This document shows, piece by piece, positions 27,163 to 38,525 of a stretch of 64,000 nucleotides of DNA (the first letter of the stretch is position 1; the number at the start of each line of letters is the position of its first letter). The DNA comes from Chlorokybus atmophyticus (Eukaryota > Plantae > Mesostigma and Chlorokybus algae): positions 186,001 to 250,000 of the forward strand of contig RHPI01001715.1 of the NCBI GenBank assembly GCA_009103225.1, in the 5' to 3' direction. Below the pieces are notes generated by a model, which saw only the letters and a list, made by a program, of their open reading frames with translations, searched no databases and was not told where the DNA came from. A program made the position numbers and the translations under genes.

Positions 27163-27244
27163 GGCGAAGCACCAGCACAATGGTGGCGCCAACGACACAG
27201 CGGCGGCGGCTGCGGCAGAGAGAGCTGTCCTCAGTGCCAGCCGG

Positions 27245-27253
27245 AAACCCTAA
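27245..27253. promoter_or_regulatory. Telo-box upstream of eEF1B-gamma
   Basis: aaaccctaa about 85 bp upstream of ATG 27162 (-). Confidence 0.55.
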
Positions 27254-28250
27254 TGACAGAGCGATCCGGTTCCGGCAGACTTCGCGCAGGAAACTGGGAT
27301 CTCCAGAACAGGATTGGTTGGTACAGCAATTTGCCACTGGCAACTTCCCCAGGCAGTTCCACTGCAGGCGTGCGTCCACAGCGCTGGCGGCGTTGGCGGC
27401 GGCGGAGTGTTGGCACGGGGATCCTGCATGCGCTCAGGTGTGTGCTGGTGCAGTTGGGAGCGTGTTATGGGAGCTTTCTTATTCACAGTCTGTTTGGCTC
27501 GTCACGTGCTGCTGTCGAGTGTTTGCATGTTCGACACAGAGCTGCGACTAGCTGTTAGAGAAGCGTAGTACGAGTGGGAAGGACTTGTGAGTAGCTTGCT
27601 CTACGCTGCTTGTTGTGGTTCGTGAGGACGTGGTTGTTGACATACAGCAGGACGGAGTGGTGCACAGGCGATTGCAGTCACACACAGAAGTTGTGCACCG
27701 CTTATCAACAAAGGTCGCTTCTACAACAGGCATGCTCCTAGCACCAATTTAATTAATCACTCGAAGCCGCATGTCATCAGTCTGTGCCATGATTGTGCTG
27801 CTTACAGTCAAAAGTCTTGGTTGTGCAGCCTGTTCGTCTGCCTCATGGCTGCGGATGAAACTCCTGCCTTGGGTGGCAGAGCAAATAATGGTCTCACCAC
27901 TAATGTGCACTTTTGGCCATACACTGTTGGTTAACTGCCGCACCCCTCATCTAGGTGATCTTAGCGCGAAGAACTCTTGTGGAAGGCAGCTGGTTGGCAC
28001 TCGCCATGACAATGGCTCTGCACGGCTGGTCTTGGCGTTGACGCACTCTGCTGGATAACACAGTTCGCTCCCCGCAGGACTCCATGTACTTAAGCTTATA
28101 ACAGTCAGAGTCGTGCTTGAGTTGAGGTTGTACTGAGTCCTGCCATAGTCTTTGCGAGTTGGAGGCGTTTCTCAACTTCTGTAACGATCGGCTTCAGCTA
28201 GGTGAAGCTGGAGGTAGCGAACCTCGTGTCGTGGTTCCCTGCTACTCGCA

Positions 28251-29242
28251 ATGGTGCAGCCTGCCAAACAACAAAGCGCTCATGCAGAAGCCAATGTTTG
28301 GTACTTGGCGTATGGCAGCAACATGAATCCAAAAACGCTCAGCTTGCAGCGCGGTGTGTACCCAGCGGAGTCTTTTCCCTGTCGAGTCCCGGGCTATGTT
28401 ATCAACTACCACCTGCTCGGGTTGCCCTACCTGGAGCCTGCCTTTGCTTCCGTTGAGGACGCATCCCACCCGCACTCGCCTGTCGACTGCCCTGAACTGC
28501 ATGGGGTGGCCATGCGCATAACGCCACACGAACTTGATCTTATCCGGCAGGTATGCACTGTTGATGTTGCACTTGTACTGGACTCTCTGTCACGGACACT
28601 GCATCTCAAGTGCAACATCATTGAGCCTTATGTGTGTTGTCATTGCAGTCAGAAGCTGGGCAGGGCTACGATGACATGGGTTACCAGGAAAGAGCGGTGG
28701 AAGTGGTCGGGTATGACGGTCGGAAAGTCAAGGCCATCACATTGGTGGTTGTGTGTGACTCTGAGGTAAGACAACTCAGCAGAAAGGTCAAAACAGTCAG
28801 GTTGGTTTGCCCTGCGTTATGTGAGGTACTATGACACATGCAGATCCGCCCTGGAACCCACCCTAGCCAACGGTACGTGAGGCTGTTGGCGGAAGGTGCG
28901 AAGCACCATGGGCTCCAGCAGGACTATGTCAAGTTTCTGGGACAACAAGAGTACTTTGAGGCAACCAGTACGCGGCAGCGGATAGGCCAAAGGATATGGT
29001 TGTGTATGCTGCTCACGGTATTTTTCCCATTCGTTATGCCGTACTTCGTATCAAGACGGTTTAAAGTGCGCTTGCCGAGGTTTCTGGTGGTGAACTTGGA
29101 GTTTGGCCGGCGCCTGCAGTGGTTGGTGCATGACTACTTCTTTAGCCATCTCTTTGGTTCTGGTGCACGCGGCGACATGCCGGTAGCAGAGTCAGCAAGA
29201 CTGTTGAGAGCCACTTCCAGCAATGGCATGAAAGCCGGATAA
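28251..29242 (+). CDS. Gamma-glutamyl cyclotransferase-fold protein (GliK/AIG2-like), 3 exons
   Basis: WYLAYGSNM, LPYLEPAFA, HGVAMRIT, SEAGQGY and PSQRYVRLLAEGAKHHGL, then a hydrophobic C-terminal segment. GT-AG introns start at 28551 and 28766. Confidence 0.85.
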
Positions 29243-30511
29243 TGCGATGTTCGACAAGCTGTCATTCCCCTTGTGCAGTTCAGACGGTGGTGCAGAACTG
29301 TGTTGCAATTCGGTACCTTGCTGTAGTACATCATTCAGCCTTGAACTTGATGGTGCAGATTTCTGCATGCGAATCATGTCCCTCCATGATGTATTCCCCG
29401 TTATCACGAACGGTGAAATGTTCAAGAAGACATTTTCAAGGTAAAAGTGACGCAGAGCCATGGATGTTGGGTATCAAGTTGCTTGCAACCATGCGTAGCG
29501 TGGCTATTGGTTGTGGTTGGCAAGTGCTCTGCATCATGGGAGACACAGCTGCACCAAACATTGTGTTCTTGGCTGGGTAAGAACATGCGTCCATTCTTGG
29601 TGTAACTTGGTAATGTGAGCAGAATAGAGCATCGTGAAGACGTTAAAATGTTCATGAGAACACACTTGTAGAGTGCATGTGGACTCCATTGTCATCATGC
29701 GTTGCAATAATATACAACATGATATCCTGACGATTTAAAACAATGTTGGACGGCACTATGTGGTGCTCATTGTTGCTGCTTCTTATCGTTTAGCAAAAAA
29801 AAACATGGATATATGCTTCGGAGCTTGCTATACGCAGCTCTATGTTACATCTGAAGATAAATTGCAATTAAAAGTACATACCGTTATGCTAGTGTAATGC
29901 TTTTATTTGCATTGCAGCGTTAATAGGTGACAAAGCGTAACGCAATCAAGAATCATATGGTTGCACTACAAGCTGCATACTTGTTAAATAGCTATCATAT
30001 GGGTAGTGCGTATAAGTAGCATATCAAGTTATTGTTCTCAAATTACGACATTAAGTGTTTAAGTTTGCTATTACTGATATGGCATACAGACAGCTTGATA
30101 ATCCGTATGCATATCATACAAGCCAATCCCATTGTTAAGTATTATTACATAAATATGTTTTTATATAAGTGCAGAGTGATTGTAAATGTACGTGACATGT
30201 GATTGATACATTATGCATTGTATGTCGCTAAAGAAATACAATTCTATTTTCATCAACTTGGAATGCTTGACAACTCCATGGTGCATAGGCTTTCCAACAA
30301 TTGCAACACAATGTAAGGCACCAGCAAGCACACCAGCCAGCACACCAACAGGCACACCAGCAAGGACTGCATTACCAGGGCAAGGGCAAGGCTATGTGCA
30401 CTAGCTACGTGCGTATGCTGGTGGTGGTGGGCGGAGAGGTGGGGCGGGGCAGTAGCAGCACAGCAGGTGTAAGGCAAGGCAAGGCAAGGCAGACCTGAGC
30501 AACAGCGGGGC

Positions 30512-30570
30512 TGGTGTCAGCGTAGTTGTAGAAGCGACCAGCAGGTAGCAGCAGCAGCAGCAGGCAAGGG
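30512..30570. repeat. 59-bp dispersed repeat, copy 2
   Basis: Identical to 20862-20920. Embedded in a GC-rich, repeat-rich patch (30320-30660) within AT-richer intergenic DNA. Confidence 0.9.
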
Positions 30571-31809
30571 AGGTAAGGCGAGGGGGTGAGCGGGATGCTG
30601 TGTTGTGCTGTGCGTGAGGGGCGCAGCAGGCCGGGCGGCTAGGTTATGGCGTGCTGGTCTTTACAGCCGCTTGTTGTAACACCCGCCGCCAGCAGGAGCA
30701 GTAGCGATACAATGGCTGGCCCAACGGACACTTTGCTGAGTCAGATGAGACACAGGCATTCTGAGCGACAGCACTTGACATATCACGTTAGTGCACTGTC
30801 AGCTCAGCAGTCAGTCAATTAGCACAGCAGTCAGCATAGCAGGCAGTTAATCACTTAGCAAGTAGTCAATGGCAACAATTGCAAGCACTCACAAGCTGAC
30901 GTCAAATGCGTGCATTTGTAGCGTTACGCAGTGTGTAAACATGTGCGATGCGCAATTATACAACCAAAAAATGAACCAGGTTTGAACTAGCATCATGGTA
31001 CTGCTAATGTGGTACTGTTTAACAAACAATGTTTGCTCCTGTACTAATTGGCGTTCAAACCAGCAGCTGTTTCATGATGTCTTACAACGCGAGCCTGCAT
31101 CTCCGCTATGGCAGCCTACCCAACCCGCATCTCCCACCCGCTACGAGAGAGGTTTGCGCCATGAACGCTCATGTACGCCATGTGCTGAGCTTAAGCCTCT
31201 GAGGCCGTTGACATTACCGTAGAGACACGTACATACAACCTACACTCACTGTTGCGAATTTTTTTCATTCCTCATTTTGATAAAATGATCATAAAAATCA
31301 AGATTGCTGTCAACAAAGCCTGTAATCACATTGGGATTACAAACGAAGGCAAGTGATAGTTATTGTAAAGACACATACATTACAGCCCACACTCATTTTT
31401 TCGAGTTATTTATCATTTTAACCTTGCTACTGCTCATAAAGTTAATATGTTGCTTTGTTACTACTGTTGTTAAAGCCTGTAATACTATATCAAGATTACA
31501 ACCCAAGGCAACTGATAATTATTTCTGGTTTGTAATGTACGTGTCTCCACGGTATACATGTACTTCAACCCTGCACTGTCAGTGCAGGGTTGAAGAACAT
31601 TAAAACTGTAAAAACGGCATGGTGACTGCAGGCTGCGTTCCATTGATGGGTAGTCATCGCGGGATCACGCTCCAGCCAATGGCAGAGCAGACCAAAGCAG
31701 TGCCATGCACAACACGCATGCCGCTACTCCGAGCTGAAGTTGTTGGTGTTGTCGTTGGCGAGGGGAACGAGTACATTGTCGTGGGGAGAGGGGTTTGCAG
31801 CTGAACAGC

Positions 31810-33715
31810 ATGGCGACCGCTGCTGCTGCCACCGTAGCAGTGTGCTCATCTTCCTCGGCTTCTTCTTCGAGGCATGGAGTGGTGCGGAGCAGCAGAAGAG
31901 AGCAGCCTAGCAGGGCTGCGCTGCTGCCACTGAGGCGGACAGTTGCACTTCCAGGAGCAGCTAGGGTTTCTGCCTCTTCCGGCTCGCGCCGAGCGACCGT
32001 GTGCATGGCCCAAGCCGCCCCCACACAATGTGAGCGCTTGCCTGCAGTCTGACATTGCATGCGGGACAGTAACTGCACAGTGGACAATAATGCAAGCAAG
32101 TTCCTAGTGTAGAAGTTGCCTGAAGGCACTTGTCAGTATTTGCAAGTCGGTGGGTTACAGCTCGTGTCGATGAATGTAGCTGTTGTACTGCTCTTTGTCT
32201 TTCTGTGTCCGAAAATGTCTGGCAAACTCCAAGCTGATAACCCGCGGTTGTTGTGCAGCCGTGAAGTGGTTCACAATATGGGAGTCACTCAGGGACAAGA
32301 AGGTAAGAGGTTTCGACACGCGCCGCAGGGTTCAAGCGACCGTATAAGTTGATGTAATGGCACAATCAATGCATAACACCGATGTATGGCTGTATAAACG
32401 CATGCATGCTTTGCCAAACTAATAAAGTGCGTGTGTTTGTCGTACAGCTGCGCTCAGTTGGCCTTCAAGAGTCGAGGGACATGCTTGAGAACCACGGCTA
32501 CAAGATCTTGGATGTACGCCCTGCCAGCGACTTCCAAGAGGTGACGAACAGCTGCTGCCATGCACATGCACATCCGCATCATAATTGGCTGCAGATGAAG
32601 TGTTGTGTCCTGTCATTGCTTTTAGCTTCAGAGAAAGTACTACCGGCTTTTGGGGACCGTTCTGTGGTTTCTCCATGTCTGCTGTTGCTTTGTTCACGCA
32701 GCTACAGCTCACCATTCCGCCATAGACTATTTTTCTGCACTGCCATTGCATGAACTGTAGATGAAGCTTGAGGAAGCGCGCCGGGGGGGGGGGGGGGGGN
32801 NNNNNNNNNNNNNNNNNNNNNNNNNNNNNNNNNNNNNNNNNNNNNNNNNNNNNNNNNNNNNNNNNNNNNNNNNNNNNNNNNNNNNNNNNNNNNNNNNNNN
32901 NNNNNNNNNNNNNNNNNNNNNNNNNNNNNNNNNNNNNNNNNNNNNNNNNNNNNNNNNNNNNNNNNNNNNNNNNNNNNNNNNNNNNNNNNNNNNNNNNNNN
33001 NNNNNNNGGGGGGGGGGGGGGGGAGGAGGGGGTGCTTGTGTAAGAGTGTGAAAGCAGCATGTGCTGCCAGAACTGAAAGCATGGACATCGTCTCCCACTC
33101 GCATGCATTGGATTGTGCGAAATCTAATGGTGCTGAGTGTGCTGCTGGTGTTGCTGTCTTAACAGGGGCATGCAGAGGGTGCAATTGGCGTTGAGCTCTT
33201 CAGGTACATCAACAGCTGGAACCTCCGCAAGGTGTTGTTCACGCTGCAAGGGGTGGCTGGAACGGAGTCTAACCCCAACTTCACCCAAGGCAAGGCAGCC
33301 ATGTGCACACACGCCAAATACTGTAGTACTATGTCTGGCACTGACTGCATTTGTTTACTCATGCAGAGGTGTTGGAGAAGGTTGGCAGCAAAGACACTCC
33401 CATTCTTGTCATGTGCTCTACTGGCGGCACGCTTCGGCCATCTTATGACTGGCCATATGGCAAGCATTCCAGGCAAGTGTTGTTTGTCATCCTCGCTAAG
33501 TAACCAACCTACTATGCATATGAAATTATCTACTGAACTGTGCCCCGCTTGCAAATCACATTAGTACAGCCACACATGTGTAAGCCAACATGCTGGCATG
33601 CTTCAGGTCACTTACAGCTGCCTACCGCCTGTTGGAGGACGGCTTCACCAACGTTGTGCACTTTGGTGCCGGTTTCTATGAGTACGCTAATGCGGGTGGC
33701 CCCATGGAAGAGTAG
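31810..33715 (+). CDS. Chloroplast rhodanese-like protein (STR14-like), 5 exons
   Basis: Ser/Ala/Arg-rich transit peptide, then YKILDVRPASDFQE|GHAEGAIGVELFRY...GTESNPNFTQ|EVLEKV...ILVMCSTGGTL...HSR|SLTAAYRLLEDGFTNVVHF. The assembly gap lies within an intron. Confidence 0.9.
32800..33007. other. Assembly gap flanked by poly-G
   Basis: 208 N with G-runs on both sides. Confidence 0.99.
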
Positions 33716-34220
33716 GAGGACAGCTCTGTGCTCATGCTGTTGATGAGTGTCTATAGTGGTAGGTGCGTACCATTTATTTGTGCATATGTTTTCAGCCGGC
33801 AAGGCTCTGTCAAGTCTGGGATGTGTACATGTGGCGTCTCTGTGTGTGCCTCCATGTGTGCATGCATGAGTGCGTGTACTGAGTAGGCAGCTACGCATGC
33901 TAGCATATCATGTGTACGCGCACAACATCGTATGGGCGCGTGTGGGCTCTTTGGCACTCGTGGATGTGTGTACAACTTGCTTGCCTATAAGTCCACTGCA
34001 TGTTGCAACCTGATGCATTTTGTCGCGCATCATGTCACCTGCAGATCAGCACTTATTGCGAAGAAGTGTGCGCTTGTTGAAAATTCGCTTGGGTTTGGCT
34101 GCTGACTGTGTAGTTAGTCGTCCATGATAATAGAGGATGAGTTAGTAAATCAGTTATCATAATATGCGGTCGATGAGAGTGATGTTGTGCTAAGGACTAT
34201 GCACTCTGTTGTGCCCATAG

Positions 34221-34380
34221 TACTACTTGTTACTACTACTACTAGTAATACTTTTGACGACTACTACTACTACTACTTTCGATGATGACGATGATGGTGA
34301 CTGCTGCTGCTGCTGCTGCTGCTGCTCCTCCTCCTCCTCCTACCACTACCACTACCACCATCACCACCTTCTACTACTGT
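34221..34380. repeat. Compound trinucleotide microsatellite (TAC/GAT/GCT/CCT/ACC blocks)
   Basis: Successive short triplet runs seen directly. Confidence 0.9.
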
Positions 34381-34690
34381 GCATGTTGCAGCTCTTATAC
34401 TGTATCTTCTGATAACAATGCGCATCATTGTGTCCCGCATGCTCAGGTCGCGTGTTGAAGAGTACACAAGGTGGAAAGCAGATTTGATGCGCACATACCA
34501 CACCTTGGTGAGCATTCAGTGCATTAGTGGCGTTGCAGACAGTGCACAACGCAGAACTACATGCACTGATGACATGCTGTCATACCCTATACACACACAC
34601 TTATCCAAAGCACGCCGGATGCCTCCCAACACTTTAATCATAACAAGTCAGTACGACCCCTGAAGCCTCGACTCTCTGTGTCTGTTCCCC

Positions 34691-37600
34691 TCACTGGATA
34701 AGAGTGAGTGTGACATCAGTGGCTGTGGCGGGCAGCAGGAGCTCCCCGTCATTGCTTTGCGCATACTCAGCGCCTGCGGCGGAGGCCTTGACTTTGAGGC
34801 TGTGCGGGAGGCGGAGGGCGTACCCACCGCTTGGGGGGTTGGAGCAGTGGAGCTTGAGCGCAATGACGCTGCTGTTGTCCGCAGCCGGTTCGAACGTGCA
34901 CGAGCACACGCTAAAGTGGGTGAAAAAGTTGTGGAGCCTCATGGTCTGCTTGAACCACTCAGGAGGGGCTCCCGCGAAGAGGACGAGCCTATCGCCGTCC
35001 TCGTGCATGAGCGAGTCCCGGAGGAGGTGCCATAACTCAGCCATCGACCAGCCGTGTGGCATCGCTGACTTGGGTCGCCATGCGGTGCGAAGCTTGTTTG
35101 ATGCCCACAACCCAACCCCACTGTCCAGCCCCTCATCCAGCACGTAGAACCCCTGCATGTTGTATGTGGCGAGGTATGCGTTCACTGTGCCGAAACCCGC
35201 GTCGCGGTTGCCGGCAAGAAGGCCTTGATGCGCCCTCGCAAGAGGGAAGTATAGCCAGTCTCCCGGCGCCTGAGCTCCCACGCCAACAAACTGATCGTAT
35301 GCAGAAGAACCTCGCATCGGGTAAAGTTGTGTTGGCCACAATACGCTGTACGAACCATACCCTGGAGAAGGACAAGAGCTCATCAAAGTCAAGATATTGC
35401 CAATTACTACTCATTGTACAAAGAGAGATGCTGATGGCATACCATGCCCAAGGTCTTTCTCGAACTTTTCCTTGTACTCTTGGAACAGCTTAAATGCCAG
35501 GTCTGTGGCCTCAGTGGCGCCAATGGAGTCGTCAATGGCTGTTGCCATAAATGCCGCCGCACGCAAACCCACAATATCAAACGCTTCTGTGTACTCTGGC
35601 TGGTACCTGCACAGGAAAGGTGATGTTTAGTAGCAGTGAGTATGCGAGTCAAACCGCACCGTGCAACATGTTTGCCATATGACATAATCATTTCTTATGC
35701 GTGTACACATACCCGTCGCAGGCGCCAGGTTTGAGTTCCTTGCGCACAGCTTCTGGCACCGCATCGCCGAACCCGTTTGAATCCATGTTGACCCAGTGCG
35801 GACCTGGACACATTGAACCATTGGTGAGTGCGGAGCAAATCCATGTGGGCCAAGGGCCTTGTACACAGGTTATGACGCTGTAAGTCAGAAGATGATGCTA
35901 ACCTGGTGTAGTGCGGTAGTACTTGATCATGGCCACTAGCCTTTGCACTTGGGGGTAAACCTGTTGTTGTAAGGGAGAACCATAATGAGTATTACAAGTT
36001 GTCATCAAGCCGTTTAGGACATGACTTGCTGTGAACAGCATGCACAGGCAGAATATTAATCAGATAGATACGGACCTGTTGTAGCCAGTGGCGCTGCTGA
36101 GTGTGAAGCCAATGCTGGCCAGCAATCCACAGAACCTGCCCGGGGTTGTCGGCCTCGGGCGTGTCGCGGCCATTGAAGGGCTTTTCAAGAAACCTGCGCA
36201 CGATGGTACTGGAGGCGTCGTGGCGGCCGAGGCGCAGCATTGTGAGGGCACTGTACACGCCGTCACGCGTGAACGGGTTGTAGTTGAACAGCGCCACGTC
36301 TTGCGACCCATTATTCGTCGCCAGTGACAAGTGCAGCGGCGCAGCCATGTACGCTTCCACCCACCTGCAATTATACGCGCACCCGTACAATCAGGGCCAG
36401 TGACCTTGCTTATGTACCAAGCATAGACTGCTTTTCGGGCAGTCAGTGCAAGTGACTCAGCTTGATGCTAGAAACTTTTGGGTCGCTCAACGACAAACAT
36501 GGCTCGTTGTCAGATATTGAATTAGATGCTGCCGAACTCATACCAAACCGTAGGAGTTTTCTCAATGTATGCGTATTACGTTAAGTCGATGACTAACTTG
36601 CATCTCACCTATAGTCGGGCACTTCAGCCCATGAGCTGCCTTTTTGAATGCGGCACTCTTTGGCAGCCTGTCTCCCAACCTGCTGCGAGTTCAGCCCAAG
36701 CGTGTCATGAGCCACACCCTCCTTGAGTGTTGTGGCGTTACCATTCACCAACACCTCCCACCCCTGCTCACCTGCTCTGGAGCGAGGTTTGTCTTGAACC
36801 AGTCCGCGCCCGGATCTGGCTGGCGCGGGCACCCGAGCTCGTCTGCCACACGTGTCTCCTCATCCGTAAACGGATGCACAGGAGCGATGTCCGTCCACCT
36901 GTGGGGCGAGTCAGGGAGGCAAGATGCTGTGTCATAAAGGTTGTTTCCATGGTGTGATCTCGTGTTGTTGTGTTGTGGCACAACATGTGTTGTGCCACAA
37001 CACGAGTCAGGGAGGCAAGATGCTGTGTTATAAAGGTTGTTTCCATGGTGTGATCTCGAGTTGTTGTGTTGTGGCACAACATGTGTTGTGCCACAACACA
37101 TATGCACACACACTCACCCGTTCCACTTGTGTCCACACGTGCGCCGGCCCGCAAGAACAGGAAACAGGAATTGGAAAGCAGCGGAGCCACCTGAGAGGTG
37201 ATACAACATGTTTGCCCACAAATAGTAGTCACACATAACCATTGGTCACACTATGTCAGTCGCTCTTTACCTGGAGGTACTTTTGCGTCAAAGCGCATTG
37301 CAGCAGAGCAGTTGCCCATTTCACTCCGGGCCTTGCGGGCGTCTGCAGGTGGACCGGGCAGCGCGACGGGGAGCTCCCCCGTCAACACGAATGCTCCGAT
37401 GTCATCGGTGGCAGAAACCCCCGCTGCGCTCGCCACACGCTGTGCAACGACAGCCGTCTGGCCTGCGTGCGTGTGTGCGTTTGTACGCATGCTTGTGCGT
37501 ATCTGTGTACATGTGTATATGTTACCAGACTGAAAGCAGTAGTTGTACCTGAGACAAGAATAGTGTCGCCCGAGGGCGGGATGTCCACATCAAACACCTA

Positions 37601-38525
37601 AGTAATGGTAAAATCATGAGGACACTGCAATGGAGCAGTCTCGTTGTTTGCACAGTGTTGTTGTTGATCGTGTCAATTTTATCAATTCAACGTTGTATCA
37701 GTTCAACATATCAACAATGTGAATGCTGCACACACACCTGAGCACCAGCCGCACCGATGGGTCTCAAAGCAACATACAGCGCTACAGGCTCATCGCGGAC
37801 GCCAGTGTTGGCAACGCTAACATCGGCGCCCACGACGTAGCCCTGATAATCCACGATGTGTAAGCCCCAGACCCCAGACCCATGGCTGATCATGGAAGAA
37901 CACAGCTTCAGTCACTACACCTTGTCGCCATTCGGGCCCGTGTACTCAATCTCCGACAGTTCGGAGGTTACCGTCACGTTGGTGTTTGGAATGCCAAAGG
38001 TAGTGTAAGGCACCAGGCAGCCGCCATGCCTCAGACCATGCCAAGACTGCACGACACAAGATTACAGTTGTGAGAAGACTTGTGCCAACGTTGCTGGTTC
38101 AACCGTTGCCATTGTGTTTCAGCAGGTTACTCACCAGCACGCCTTCCTGTGTGGCAGCCACCAGCTGCCCTCTCTCCCGCAAACTGTGCTGGTAAAGCCA
38201 GAAGTAGATGCCGTATGAAGCGAACCCCGGGCTGAGACAAGCAATCATGCAACAAGTCAGCTTCTATCACTGTTAAGCTGGGCAAGGCTACTCACACGAT
38301 GGACTCGCACTCTTACCTGAAGTTGCCTTCAGCTTCCACGAAGGTCTTGACCATGTCGAGGGAGTCTGGGACGCCGATGGGGACATGCTTCTTACCCTTG
38401 GGGTTCAGCTGCTGCACGTCTGCCAGAGAGGCGCTGACACTAGTGCCGGCAAGAACGACGACAGCAACGAGGAACAGAAGCTTGGGCAGGGGCGGACGGC
38501 AGCCCGCCCAGCCTGCTCCTGCCAT
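34691..38525 (-). CDS. Signal-peptide-bearing, bacterial-type six-hairpin glycosidase-like protein, about 14 exons
   Basis: A continuous spliced frame can be built with GT-AG introns. It gives hydrophobic signal LLFLVAVVVLAGTSVSA, LYVALRPIGAAG, FPVLAGRRTCGHKWNG, EVPDYRW, YNPFTRDGVY, PFNGRDTPEADNPGQVLW, IKYYRTTPGPHWV, KELKPGACDGYQPEYTEAFD, GYGSYSVLWP and AMPHGWSMAELWHLLRDSL. The fold assignment is inference. Confidence 0.75.
36907..37098. repeat. 96-bp tandem duplication, each copy with a 16-17 bp hairpin, inside an intron
   Basis: Units start at 36907 and 37003. Each contains gtgttgtggcacaaca-tg-tgttgtgccacaacac. Confidence 0.92.

Noticed and set aside
30675-30684. TGTAACACCC resembling a gypsy LTR start
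   Set aside because: No second LTR, PBS, PPT or gag/pol remnant was found.
31962-31969. Telo-box-like TAGGGTTT
   Set aside because: It lies within the transit-peptide coding sequence of the rhodanese gene.
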